Assembly (NCBI GenBank): GCA_030390025.1
Contig: CM059433.1
Coordinates: forward strand, 10,914,001 to 10,978,000
DNA: 64,000 nucleotides
Origin: Squalus acanthias
Taxonomy: Eukaryota
Direction of reading: 5' to 3'
Below are positions 36,606 to 49,805 of this stretch, piece after piece. A model generated the notes under the pieces. That model had not been told where the DNA came from. It did no database searches and was given only the letters and a program-made list of their open reading frames with translations. Made by a program: the position numbers and the translations under genes. The stretch's first letter is position 1. Each line of letters starts with the position of its first letter.

Positions 36606-37724
36606 TCCTTCCCTGCTTTCAAAATCTCGCTCTTCAACTGGGTTCTGGGGCCCTCTCTCATATTTTTTCCCATCTTCCCTCCTGCTTGCCGCCACTCTGG
36701 AAAGTGCTTTGAAACATCTAACTGAATGCCACTGAAGTGCAAATTGTTGTTGTTTGACCAATAAATATTTTTATGGCTCTTCTAATGAGGCCTTGTCACA
36801 AGGCACAGTACAACAGGAATCTCACCACTCAAAGAATTGCCATCCTGTATTTTCATTATCTTTTTAACTGACTTATTTCTCAACCGGTGAGTCCATCTAG
36901 TAGGTTGATTTAAGATGTTGTAAGATTTTATCTGGACTAGGATATCAGTCATTAATATTGATGACCCAAGTGAATGGCCATTCTGTCAATACCATTCATT
37001 AGCAGGAAGTGGCACAGTCATACCAAGATTTGGTTTTATGTTACCTGGTGTCCTAATAACTATTAGCTTTCAGAGCTTCCTGTTACTCATTATCAGGTCA
37101 TCAGTTGGCACCTCCCTCTCTGCACATCCTCATACACCCTCCTTCACAGGCGTCACCCTGAGAGCACACACGACTGCTTTATTTCCTGTTTTGCCACAGG
37201 GCAATCAGTTCCCCAGCGCAGACTTCTCGGGGGAAAGAAAACCTTGGCAGAGACAAGTGTAAACAAAAAACAGGAGCCTATTTTTAGATACTAGGTCAGC
37301 CAAGCCAGCCAGTGTGAGTCAGACCAAAACTGCTGATTCCATTTTGCTTGCTCACTCGATACAGGTGAAGTCATAATTCAAACGCTTCTTTTTTTTTCTA
37401 CGCACCGGGGAGTTCCAGTGAAACTCAAGAAGTGAAGGCAGCCTGTGTGAAACCACAGCTACACAAAGCACTTTGGAGGCTGAGAGAAATGTGGTAACAT
37501 ATAAGAGCTGTTTCCTAACTAATTTCGGTGGGGGGTGGGGGGTGGGGGGCGGGCGGTGCGGGGGGGAAAGGGGGGAATCTTTCTCTTGGAATATATTTAA
37601 ATCAGCTAGGAATCTGCTGTTGGTTGCCTGCAATGAAACAAAGAGGTGACACTAACCCTTTTAAGACAGAAGATATATGTGCAACCAACTTGCTTTATGC
37701 CTGAGACTTAAGAAACTCCTTTAG

Positions 37725-38917
37725 GCTGACCACTTCATCCTTCTCCAACGCCTCTCCACCGTCGTCCAGCTGGGTGGGACTGCACTCGCCTGGTTCTATT
37801 ATATCTATCTAATCGTAGCCAGAGAATCACCTGCAATGGCTTCTCTTCCCGCTCCCGCATCATTACCTCTGGTGTCCCCCAAGGATCTATCCTTGGCCCC
37901 CTCCCATTTCTCATCTACATGTTGCCCCTTGGCGACATCATCCGAAAACACAGCGTCAGTTTCCACATGTATGCTGATGACACCCAGCTCTACCTCACTA
38001 CCTCTTCTCTCGACCCCTCCACGGTCTCTAAATTGTTAGACTGCTTCTCCGACATACAGTTTTGGATGAGCAGAGATTTTCTCCAATTAAATATTGGGAA
38101 GACCGAAGCCATTGTCTTCGGGCCCTGCCACAAACTCCGTTCCCTAGTCATTGACTCCATCCCTCTCCCTAACATCTGTCTGAAGCTGAACTACACTGTT
38201 CGCAGCCTTGGTGTCATATTTGACACTGCAATGTGCTTCCGAACACATATCCACGGCATAACTAAGACCGCCTATTTCCACCTCCGTAACATCGCCTGTC
38301 TCCGCCCTTGTCTCAGCTCATCCGCTGCTGAAATCCTCCTCCATGCCTTTGTTACCTCTAGACTTGACTATTCCAACGCACTCCTGGCTGGCCTCCCACA
38401 TTCTAACCTACGTAAATTTGAGGTCATCCAAAACTCGGCTGCCCTTGTCCTAACTCGCACCAAGTCCCGTTCGCCCATCTCCCCTGTGCTCCCGGTTAAG
38501 CAGCGCCTCGATTTCAAAATTCTCATCCATGTTTTCAAATCCCTCCATGGCCTCGTCCCTCCCTATCTCTGTAATCTCCTTCAGCCCCACAACCCCCCGA
38601 GATATCTGCACTCCTCTAATTCTGCCCTCTTGAGGATCCCTGATTATAATCGCTCAACCATTGGTGGCCGTGCCTTATGTTGCCTAGGCCCTAAAGCTCT
38701 GGAATTCCCTGCCTAAACCTCTCCGCCTCGCTACCTCTCTTTCCTCCTTTAAGACGCTCCTTAAAACCTACCTCTTTGACCAAGCTTTTGGTCACCTGCC
38801 CTAATTTCTCCTTATGTGGCTCGGTGTCAAATTTTTTGTCTTATAATACTCCTGTGCAGCGCCTTGGGACGTTTTACTACGTTAAAGGCGCTATATAAAT
38901 ACACATTGTTGTTGTTA
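37725..38917 (+). mobile_element. L2-clade LINE 3' portion (RT and tail)
   Basis: GVPQGSILGP upstream of ORF 37919..38716; HMYADDTQLY, LQLNIGKTE, HAFVTSRLDYSNALL; (TTG)n tail. Confidence 0.95.
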
Positions 38918-39179
38918 TTTGCAAATTAACCACAATGGTTAGCTTTCAATTATTTTTAATTTGTGCCTTACTTGAAACTCCCATTGCACTAAATATTTGC
39001 AAATAAATAGCCATCTCTTACTAACAAAGCTGTCCCCAATCCTCACTGATGTGCAGAAGCAGAGACATCAGGAAACTTAGGCACCCCAGTCCGCACAGAC
39101 ATACGGAGATAAAGCCACCAGAAAACTCAGGCAAATCCCCCACAGATTATCTGGGCATAAAATCACTTTTATATTACTG

Positions 39180-39390
39180 AACCAGATCTATACTGGCAGA
39201 TATGGGGAAACAGGGGAAACACCCGAGGTGACCATATGGGGAGATGGGAAAAGAAGCTATTATGGGAGATCTGCTATTACACTGGGACAGGTAAGAGTGG
39301 AACCAATTGATGGCCATGTCACAAAGGTGAACCCCGGAGGATAAATTAAAGAGCAGGATGGAGTGGTCAACCATGTCTAATGCCATATTT
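39180..39390 (-). mobile_element. Old L2 RT fragment
   Basis: DMVDHSILL...NWFHSYLSQ. Confidence 0.7.
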
Positions 39391-39630
39391 GATGCAATGG
39401 CTTAATTCCCTCCTCTGCACTGAATGCTGTGACTCCGAGTGGAGTATGTATCCACAGGTAGCACTGGCCCTCCAGTAACTTGACCAAGGGGGCTGTTCTT
39501 CATGTCAGTCTGGACAATGTGTTCAAGTGGCTGCAGGAGATCAATGAAGCGGAGCCCATTCTGTCCTCACCCTTTGTATCTTATATCTGTGAGCACCTCC
39601 TGTTAGGTAGCAGTTACTTCCTGTAGCTTA

Positions 39631-40408
39631 GGGGATGATTTTATCAACGGGGAGGTGATGGAGGCAGGAAAGCTGCTTGTCGGGTTTTAGTCCCGCCTCC
39701 ATCGACGTCTGGCCAACCCACGCTATTTTCCCTTAGCCGGCCAATTAAGGGAAAGCCGGTGACAGATGACGTCAGCGAATGACGTTTCATCTGTCAAGAT
39801 TTTTTGACAGATGAATTGTCAGCGTTTGACAGCTCTGTGAAGCTGTCAAACACTGACATTCTGCCTTCTAAGTTGAGACCTAGGACACAGGCTCAATTAG
39901 AAAGCTTTCCTGAGCAGAATGCAGAAGGCTGCTGCATTTAAGAATGAAGCGGCCATTCTGCTTTCTCTGCCGGTGAGATGAAGCCTGGAGGAAGAAGCAA
40001 AGGTAAGTAATCTTATTAAAACACTTTAGACTCACCTCACACACTTACCTCTCCACACTTGCAGTCATCACTCACCTGCACACCGGACACTTCGGCCCCT
40101 CCGACCCCCGCAGACCCACGGCTCGCCTCGCTGACCCTGGTGAGGTTCGGAGCCGTCGGGAAGCCCACACTTTAGAGCTCAAAATAGGGATTAGCAAAAA
40201 AACTGCCTGTTAATTGGCACTAATCCCCTTCCCGCCTCGAGGAGATGGGACCCGGCGTGGGTCGGGTATCCGCCTCCTGGGAAGATGGCACGGGGGCGGG
40301 TTGGGGGCGGGATGGGTACCCGGGATGGGTACCCGCCCCCAGATTCTGCTATTTTCCCGGCAGTCTCGCCTCCGTACCCACCTCCCCAGGGCTGGGAAAA
40401 TCGCCCCC
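39631..40408. mobile_element. Harbinger-type MITE, family B copy 2
   Basis: Ends GGGGATGATTTT / AAAATCGCCCCC; collinear with 22688-23444. Confidence 0.8.
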
Positions 40409-40776
40409 ACTTTTTACCGTCACAGAAAAAAAAAGGACATAAAAAGTAAATATTTTAAACTTTTCCCAGCGATCCTGCTGCCCCGTCGCTGTCTGTGGCG
40501 AGTTAGCTGACCTCAGCAATGTGGTGGTAAGGGCACTGCCATGGTCCTGAGCACCACAGGCTAGAGAGTGGAAAATCAGCTAGGAGTCCCATTCCCAGTC
40601 GTTATCTAGTGACTGCTGCTGGAGTCAGCAATTACAGACAGGGTTGAGCGCAGCTGTGATAACCGCGCCCCCGTGGAAGAACAGACTGCTGACACTCACT
40701 GACTTGGCTGATGCACGACTTGAAGGGAGGCAGGAGCTGCAGGTAAGTGCCTTTCCAGCACTGCTTGTGGGCCAGG

Positions 40777-41254
40777 GAAAGAAAGAAAAGTAAGACTTAC
40801 GTTTATATAACACCTTTCATGACCACCGGACGTCTCAAAGCACTTTACAACCAATGAAGTACTTTTGGGGTGTAGTCACTGTTGTAATGTGGGAAACACG
40901 GCAGCCAATTTGTGCACAGCAAGCTCCCACAAACAGCAATGTGATAATGACCAGATCATCTGTTTTTGTGATATTGATTGAGGGATAAATATTGGCCAGG
41001 ACACCAGGGAGAGCTCACCTGCTCTTCTTCGAAATAGTGCCCTGGGATCTTTGACGTCCATCTGAGAGAGCAGACGGGGCCTCGGTTTAATGTCTCATCC
41101 GAAGGGCAGCACCTCTGACAGTGCAGCACTCCCTCAACACTGCACTGGGAGTGTCAGCCTAGCTTTATGTGCTCAGGTCCCTGGAGTGGGGGCTGTGAAC
41201 CCACAACCTTCTGACTCAGAGGCGAGTGTGCTACCCACTGAGCCACAGCTGACA
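40777..41254 (-). mobile_element. Full-length Deu-domain SINE
   Basis: Complete head-to-tail match with 34404-34876. Confidence 0.9.
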
Positions 41255-41821
41255 GGAGGAGCAGGAGTCCTTCAGCCCCAGCTGCTGCCTTGTAGCGCTG
41301 GCTTTCCCTCCCAGCAGACAGCCGGCCTCTCAATCTGACCAGCTGCTGGGCGGGAAACGGAGTTAAAAAAATATTAGAACACAGCCCTACGGTTCAATTC
41401 GTCAGGACCTCCGCCTTCCCAGTATTTCCGGATTTCCCAGCCACTCCCTTTCCCGCCGCCCCGTAAATATCGGGGCCAAAGATTCCAAACCGGGATCACC
41501 TTCCCCTCCCGGCCCACCCACCCACCCACCGGATACGGCCTGCTTCGTCGGCTCAGCACAGGAGCCAGCCGAGTTCCCGCCCGTGCCAACACCCGACAAG
41601 CTGCCCGCGGCATTGCCCATTTGACGCCCGCTGCTCCTCGGCGGCATTTAACCGAGTGCCGAACCCGAGTTCCGTTTGGGCCTTGCACCAGCACAAACTG
41701 GCAGACGCACCGACAAGTCTTGCGCCCCGTTTTTGGGGGGGGGTGGGAGGAAGTTGAATTTTTCGGCCGCCAACCTTTTCAACAAAATTAGCGAAGGCAG
41801 AAATTTTGCACTTCTGGATAT

Positions 41822-42562
41822 AAGAACATAAGAACATAAGTCGTAGGAGCAGGAGTAGGCCACTCGGCCCCTCGAGCCTGCTCCGCCATTCAATAAGATC
41901 ATGGCTGATCTGATCTTGGCCTCAACTCCACTTCCCTGCCCGCTCGCCATAACCCTTGACTCCCTTACATAGAAACATAGAAGATAGGAGCAGGAGTAGG
42001 CCATTCGGCCCCTCGAGGCTGCTCCGCCATTTAATGAGATCATGGCTGATCATCCAAATTCAGTACCCTGTCCCTGCTTTCTCCCCATATCCCTTAATCC
42101 CTTTAGCCTTACCATTCAGAAATCTGTCTATCTCCACCTTAAATATATTCAATGACCCAGCCTGCACAGCTCTCTGGGGTAGAGAATTCCAAAGATTCAC
42201 GACCCTCTGAGAGAAGAAATTCCTCCTCATTTCTGTTTTAAATGGGCGACCCCTTATTCTGAAATAATGCCCCCAGTTCTAGATTCCCCCACAAGGGGAA
42301 ACATCCTCTCAGCATCTACCCTGTCAAGCCCCTTCAGAATTTTATATGTTTCAATAAGATCCCCTCTCATTCTTCTAAACTCCAATGAGTATAGGCCCAA
42401 CCTGCTCAACCGTTCTTCATAAGACAACCCCCTCATCTCCGAATCAACCTCGTGAACCTTCTCTGAACTGCCTCCAATGCGAGTATATCCCTTCTTAAAT
42501 AAGGAGACCAAAACTGTATGCAGTACTCCAGGTGTGGTCTCACCAACGCCCTGTACAGCAAA
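41822..42562 (-). mobile_element. CR1 3' fragment with a second CR1 tail (41969-42106) nested in it
   Basis: Two successive tails; CCTTAC at 41963-41968 and 42107-42112; LYRALVRPHLEYCIQFWSP. Confidence 0.88.
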
Positions 42563-43408
42563 GGACTTATAATACCAACTCTTTGGGAAGGATATGTCGA
42601 GGTATGAAGCTGCAATTTGTTACAAATACTGCATTTGTTGAAAGAACCTACACGACGTCCAACGTCACCAATGTATATTTATTCACTGGATTTATTCATA
42701 TTCAAAATATTTACTATCTCGCAACACAGAATACTAATTCTGTGTAATTTTTGAAAAGGTCGTGAAATTACACCATGGCTTGTTAGCATACAACATAATG
42801 TCTTGGCATGAAATTGCTTCCTCCACTATTTTAATGGCAGAATTAACTTCTTTAAAGTAAATGGGTTAATAGGCCATAGGGTTTAATAAATGTTTTATTA
42901 TTATAAGAAACCTTTGCGTGAAAATTACATGCATGGCAAATGCATTTGTCAAGATCTTATACGAAAGAGATACAGAATGGGAATGTGGGCTCCCTATTTG
43001 CAACAATGGACCGAGGCAAATAATGTCCAACAATACTTGTAAAACTTTACTTTCACTGGGTGGCAAAATGAACGTAGCTTTTCTTTTTTACATGGAAAAC
43101 CCTCCAGACTGCATAGTCTGTACTAAAATCACAATGAAAACTAACAAAGAAGTGCTTTGTGTAATAAGTTTGTGGGGATTATAGGAGCGGATTGTTGATC
43201 CTGAGGGAACTGTGAACACTCACATATGACTCCTTCTTTAAGTGCTTCAGAGGTAAGTCAGGGTTTTGTTGAGCGCATATTTTGTTACACTACGACTAGA
43301 CGAACGGACCTATGGACATCTGTCCTGGACGAGTGTCTGTTTAGCTGCTGGATGGAGATTGTTAAGAGAACATTGTTACTGGTACATTGTGATTGGCTGC
43401 TGCTCCTT

Positions 43409-43861
43409 TAGAAACATAGAAACATAGAAACTAGGAGCAGGAGTAGGCCATTCGGCCCGTCGAGCCTGCTCCACCATTCAATACGATCATGGCTGATCAT
43501 CCAAATCCAGCACCCTGTCCCTGCCCCCTCACACAGAATCCCCATCGAGCCTGCACCGACACATATCCCACCCTATCCCCGAAACCCCACGTATTTAATT
43601 CCCCCTAACATATCCCATCCTATCCCCGTAACCCCACATATTTAATCCCCCCCTAACACTAAGGGTCAATTTATCATAGCCAAATCAACCTAACCCGCAC
43701 ATTTTTGGACTGTGGGAGGAAACCGGAGCACCCGGAGGAAACCCACGCAGACACGGGGAGAATGTGCAAACTCCACACAGACAGTCACCCGAGGCCAGAT
43801 TCGAACCCGGGTCCCTGGCGCTGTGAGGCACCAGTGCTAACCACTATGCCACCGTGTTGCC
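43409..43861 (-). mobile_element. Full-length HE1-like V-SINE
   Basis: Head GTGGCATAGTGGTTAGCACT...GGGTTCGAATC (A/B boxes); V-domain TGCGTGGGTTTCCTCCGGGTGCTCCGGTTTCCTCCCAC; CR1-type tail. Confidence 0.92.
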
Positions 43862-44109
43862 CTGCTAATGAAATGGCACGCTCCGAAAGTGGGGTCGTAA
43901 GTAATGAATAACAAAGGGGGGTTGCTCCCATTTTTTCCAATACAAAATTAAAGTATAGCCCCAACAAGGTCCCATGTTTGACTCCTGCTCTGTGTCGAAT
44001 GTACTGAACACAGTTGAGGCAGTAATGGGTCCACTACAGTTAGCCTCTGTGTTAAGCAGGGGCCATGAAAAACAGGCATGATCCTGAACACTACCCTTTT
44101 GGTGTTTTT

Positions 44110-44512
44110 TTAAATGCAAGGCCGGCATTTATTGCCCATCCCTAATTGCCCTTGAGAAGGTGGTGGTGAGCCGCCTTCTTGAACCGCTGCAGTCCGTGTG
44201 GTGATGCTTCTGAGTGGCTTGCTCGGCCATTTCAGAGGGGCAGGTAAGAGTCAAGCACATTGCTGTGGGTCTGGAGTCACATATAGGCCAGACTGGGTAA
44301 GAATGGCAGATTTCCTTCCCTAAAGGACATCAGTGAACCAATGGGCTTTTACAACAATCCGGTAGTTTCATGTTCACCATTACTAAAAGTAGCATTTTAT
44401 TCCAGATTTGTTTAATTAACTGAATTTAAATTCCCCAGCTGCCGAACTCTACAGATCATTCGTCCAGGCCTCCAGATTACTAGCCTGGTAACATAACCAC
44501 TATGTTACCGTT
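44110..44512 (-). mobile_element. tRNA-derived SINE of a third family with LINE-derived tail
   Basis: Head GGTAACATAGTGGTTATGTTAC; tail CACCACCTTCTCAAGGGCAATTAGGGATGGGCAATAAATG resembles 57940-57985. Confidence 0.7.
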
Positions 44513-45019
44513 CCCATATTGGTGTTTGTATTGGTGTTGGATAAAAACAGGATAGGGTTTGGTTGTGATGTCCTACAAGTTCAAATAGCTTCCCACCACT
44601 TAAGCCATTTTTATACTGGTAGCACTTTAGTTTGGATTCTGGGAGACTGGTGCCTAGGAGCCGGCTTCCAGTGTTTGCATTCCTATATTTGGCTCCCCTA
44701 TCCTGATAACAGATTCATCGAGCTAGTTTTTAGCCCCATGAGTCTATTCCTGGGATAGGGAATCAGATTTAGTCCCAGTATTCAGCTCAGAGACGGTGAT
44801 CTCCTGGAATTTGAAGTGAAACAGCCCGACTGCAAGCCGACCTCACTGTCTAGGCTCGCACATGAAGAATGAAGACTTGATTGAGGTACCGGAGAGCTGT
44901 TAGCGCCCGGGTCCATGAAACTGTATCCCAGCGTGAGGTCAGTGCCTTCGGGGAGGGAAGAGCAGCAAAGGGGAAAGGGAAAGAAAGCCGGAAAATAAGA
45001 AAGACACGAAAGTGGAAAG

Positions 45020-45205
45020 AACGAAAGAAATAAAGAAAGCATTTATATAGCACCGTTCATGACCTTAGGATATCCGAAAGCCTTTCACGGCCAGTGAAGA
45101 TTTTTGAAGTGCGGTCACGGTTGTGACGTAGTGAAAGGTGGCAGCCAATGTGCGCACAGCAAGGTCCCCCAGACCGCAATGAGATAAATCAGCAAATAAT
45201 CTGTT
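45020..45205 (-). mobile_element. Deu-SINE 3' fragment
   Basis: GCATTTATATAGCACC tail and GCAGCCAATGTGCGCACAGCAAG block. Confidence 0.75.
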
Positions 45206-45948
45206 TGGAAGAAGTACCTCATTTGACTTGCAGGGCTAAATGCAGGAATTTCCTAAATATCATCTCAATAGTTTTTCACATCACCTCTTTCCTGCGATAG
45301 CACTAACATTCCCACTTATTTACATAGAAGGAAGGGGTTCAAAAGTCACAGTTAAACTCTCTAATTTGGGGATAGTTTTTTTAAACTTTGAGATGACCCC
45401 TGGAGCATCTCTGGGCTAGAATTATGTGGATTCCAGGAGTAAACAGAACCGAATTAGATTACAGCCCCAGACAGCTGCTCTGGGGAGTCAAATCATTGCG
45501 GCCATTTAAAGTCTCATGTTTGACTCTGTCTGCACATGTTACATAGCTGATATTATTTCATGGGATTGCCATTTGAAATGCAAACTACTCAAGAAATAAA
45601 AAGACTACATCCCACCTCAGATGGAATGCGTTACTGACAGGTTGCGCGCTATTTTTCCTGACAGAGCCGTTGTGGTAATCAAGATGTACTTTAAGCTAAT
45701 TCACCTGTTTTTGTCTAATCTAATCCAATGTCGGAATCTGTTTAAAGTCAGATTTATTTTTTTTAAAGCCTGTAGATGTGCTGTCTCAGAAAGGACGGTG
45801 GAAATCAGGTTTTTTTGGTTTAATGAGATATTTTATTAATAATGTGATCCATTTTATTAGTTAATAAAACAATCACAAACATAAAGTGCACTGACTCTTG
45901 CTGGCGTATGGTTCCATTTTGCTCACAGCCCTTCAGTACATTGCCTAA

Positions 45949-46367
45949 GGGCTGGATTTTGAATGACCCATGGAGTCGGGTTTGGAGGCGTGTGGGGGGT
46001 TAAATTTGCGGGGTCGGGGGTCCCGACCCCATCCCGACTCCATCACGCCTCCACGCAATTTTGACAAAATCAGTCGCGGGGTTCCCAACTCCGTCCCGCC
46101 TCCAAGAGGCGGGAGAGGCCATTAAAGCCCTTAACAAGCCCTAAATTGGCTCTGTAATGCCATTTTGAAATGTTTTAGCTAGTTTAACCCTTTTCCGACA
46201 TGAAGTACGCCTGATGTGAAACACTCCAGTGAAACCTGGCGGGAGCACAAGTGGATAGCTGACTATCAGCTGCAGGTCCACTATTACAACGGAGATGTGA
46301 TGAAGGTAGTATAAGGTCTGAAAGTCGCCTCTGATGCATGGCCTTTGCTGTGAGAGGACTTGGATGC

Positions 46368-46406
<39 letters not shown>

Positions 46407-46681
46407 CATTTTGCTTCCAGGTCCAAAGCAAAAGCCAGGCAGGTCCTCTCTCACCAACAGCCAGTCAGTCTCTGACCTGCAATGCAGCAGCAATAATGAC
46501 ATCATCAGAGGCGACTTTCAGACTGAAACCACTAATTAGTTCATGGGTTCCCACATGCTGGAACTCAATTGCCCAATTAAGTGAAAATTGCATCATTCAT
46601 CCACATTAATCTGGAGTCGGGGGAGGAACACGAAATGCGGATGACACGACCCCAACCCGACCCCAAGACAAAATCCAGCCC
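45949..46681. mobile_element. Harbinger-type MITE, family A copy 2
   Basis: Perfect 13-bp TIR; TSD TAA; internal (CT)n longer than in copy 1. Confidence 0.93.
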
Positions 46682-46711
46682 TAAGTGTCCATTCTTCAGG
46701 TGTGAGCCTAC

Positions 46712-47260
46712 AATAACAACAACAACAACAACTTGTATTTATATAGCACCTTTAATGTAGTAAAACGTCCCAAGGCGCTGCACAGGAGCGTCATTAGACA
46801 AAAAAATTGACCCCGAGCCAAAGAAGGAGATATTAGGACAGGTGACTAAAAGCTTCATCAAAGCGGTAGGTTTTGAGGAGGAGGCCATGTATCCGCGCCG
46901 TCACTAAGACCGCCTATTTCCACCTCTGTAACATCGCCCGTCTCCGCCCCTGCCTCAGCTCATCTGCTGCTGAAACCCTCATCCATGCCTTTGTTACCTC
47001 GAGACTTGACTATTCCAACACATGCCTGGCTGGCACCCAAAGAAAATTAAAGGGAACATTGCTTGGGAAATTTTACTTCACGAAAGGCGCTATATAAATA
47101 CAAGTTATTGTTGCTGTTGTTGTTGAGAGGGTGAGAGAGTTAGGGAAGGAATTCCAAAGCTTTGGGCCTAGATGGCTGAAAACAGAGTGGTGGGGCGAAG
47201 AAAGTAAGGGATGCACAAGTGGCCAGAATTGGAAGAACGCAGAGCTCTCGGAGGATTGTA
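46712..47260. mobile_element. Cluster of L2 fragments in both orientations
   Basis: Minus tail 46712-46880; plus TKTAYFHL...HAFVTSRLDYSN 46885-47035; plus tail to ~47125; minus piece beyond. Confidence 0.8.
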
Positions 47261-48074
47261 GATCAGCTTAGATAGTGGGTGTCGCCAGGCTGTTTGACCC
47301 TGGGGGGCGTCACAGTCCAGACTGATCCTGTCCTCACCCGATGACCATACACGTACTCTTTCCAGTAGGGCCTCCGGGTAGCAATGGGAAATGGAAACTC
47401 CCTGCTGGTTTCTCCCCTCTCAGATATGCTGAGGCCAATGGTGGTCCCTACTGCTGCTCCCAGCTGCGATCAGACTGAAGATGGGAGTTTTTAATCAAAC
47501 TACGTCAGTAATGTCTTGGAACTGAAAGTGATACAGAAACAATGATTAGACGTGTCTCGTCCTGCTGTCGTTTGAAAATGTTCCTTAAAATAGTGCGGAT
47601 CCAAATGGCTATTTCCATGACACTGATGGATCAACACTTTCTCAGAGGTTATATCAAAGTAACAATGGTAGTTGTAAAAATTGTTAGATAATAATTCTGG
47701 GCCCAGGGCTAGATAATTCTGTGACTCTGTACTTCAATATTCTTTGACATGCACTAACACTTTGATATCCAAACCATGACAATCTCAATTGGGATGACAT
47801 TATGTTGATTTTTGTTGAAGTACAGTATCCCATGGGGAATGTGCTTTTTTTTTGATGATAGCAATAAACTGTTCAACAGACGTTGTCATAGCAACATTTT
47901 TCTAATTAACGTTTTTGCCATTCTTCAACCTTACGCTGCAATATCCAGTAAAGACAAGATGTGTTAGCATATGTCGATAAAACTGTAATTTTGATTGCTC
48001 ATGGTTATAATAATCATCTGCATGAGCGATCTTACTGGGGAAGCAGAAGGAGGAGATTTTCTCTGCATTTTATA

Positions 48075-48517
48075 CAGAAAGACTTGCATTTCTATAGCTC
48101 CTTTCACAACTACCGGACGTCTCAAAGCGCTTTACAGCCAATGAAGTACTATTTTGGAGTGTAGTCACTGTTGTAATGTGGGAAACGCGGCAGCCAATTT
48201 GCGCACAGCAAGCTCCCACAAACAGCAATGTGATAATGTCCAGATAATCTGTTTTAGTGATAAATATTGGCCAGGACAGAACTCCCCTGCTCTTCATCAA
48301 AATAGTGCCATGGGATCTTTCACGTCCACCTGAGAGAGCAGAAGTCAGTTTAACGTCTCATCTGAAAGACGGCACCTCCGACTGTGCAGCGCTCCCTCAG
48401 CACTGCACTGCGAGTGTCAGCCTAGATTTATGTGCTCAAGTCTCTGGAGTGGGACTATGAACCCATAACCTTCTGACTCGGAGGCAAGCTTGCTACCCAC
48501 TGAGCCACAGCTGACAC
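48075..48517 (-). mobile_element. Deu-domain SINE
   Basis: Collinear with other copies. Confidence 0.9.
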
Positions 48518-49447
48518 TTGTAGTGAATTCAGAAACTGTTCCTTCTAAACAGGTTTGTGACTTTGTTGCACGTAAGGGCTGATTTTCTGAATGCACGCTC
48601 CCAGTGGAAGTACTTATCAGGAATTTGTACATAATGGATGGGAAATCATAGGGAATGCACCCAAGATTTCCCAATATGCGCTCCTGGTAGATGATTCTCC
48701 TCGTCAGGAATCAGTATTCGGAAAATCGTCCCTGTGGTGCACAGAGAAAATCTTCCAATCACGGTCAGCAAAATTCTCTCTTCATCAAAGTGTTCCTATT
48801 AAGGAAGTGCTCTTGAATTGATGGGAGTTCATTGCAAGATTAACTCGGTGGCAATTTACAAGCGTGCATTGTCATGCCTTTTAGTGTTGAGACCAAAATT
48901 ATGGGAAGGGTTGAATTATGGTGAGTAATGAAGGGAGTGAGTTGTCATCTGATCTGTTATAATTCACTGCCTCTAGGGCATTGTGTGTTTGCTTTAGCTT
49001 TACTTTAAAAAAAATCACTGTTTTTTCACTCCTCTCCTGAAGAGGCAGCAGCCGATACAAGGGGCCCCTCTGCGTCCTCAACCCTGTGGCTCTTCTTTAC
49101 CTGCGAGTCTGAACAACAACTTGCATTCATAGAGCTCTGACTGAGATTAGCGTTTGCGACACCAACCAGGAACTGATCCCTGGGACCTTCCTGTTACTGT
49201 GTGGCTCAGTAGCAGACCGGTGGTGAGCTTACCTACCGGGTCATCATGGAACAACGATCACCTGGGGCTCACTGACCCTGCGGTTGTGCCTGTGGGAGCA
49301 AATGTGATGTCAGGCGGTTCCCTTGATTCTATGCAGGTGGTTGCTTTAGTGTAAGGAGACAACATAAGGGAAGAGATAAAAGTAAGTGGTGAAGAGGTGA
49401 ACTGCAAGGGTAAAACGAGAGCAGCGTTGAGGGGCAATTGCCTGCAA

Positions 49448-49805
49448 AGTGTGTAATCCGGGGAGGATGGGCCCAGTGAGATCAGACAGTGTGTAACCCG
49501 GGGAGGATGGGCCCAGTGAGATCAGACAGTGTGTAACCTGGGGAGGATGGGCCCAGTGAGATCAGACAGTGTGTAACCCGGGGAGGATGGGCCCAGTGAA
49601 ATCAGACAGTGTGTAACCTGGGGAGGATGGGCTCAGTGAGATCAGACAGTGTGTAACCCGGGGAGGATGGGCCCAGTGAGATCAGAGAGTGTGTAACCCG
49701 GGGAGGATGGGCTCAGTGAGATCAGACAGTGTGTAACCCGGGGAGGATGGGCCCAGTGAGATCAGAGAGTGTGTAACCCGGGGAGGATGGGCTCAGTGAG
49801 ATCAG
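49448..49805 (+). repeat. 40-bp minisatellite, about 9 copies
   Basis: GTGTAACCCGGGGAGGATGGGCCCAGTGAGATCAGACAGT at 49451, 49491, ... 49771. Confidence 0.97.
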
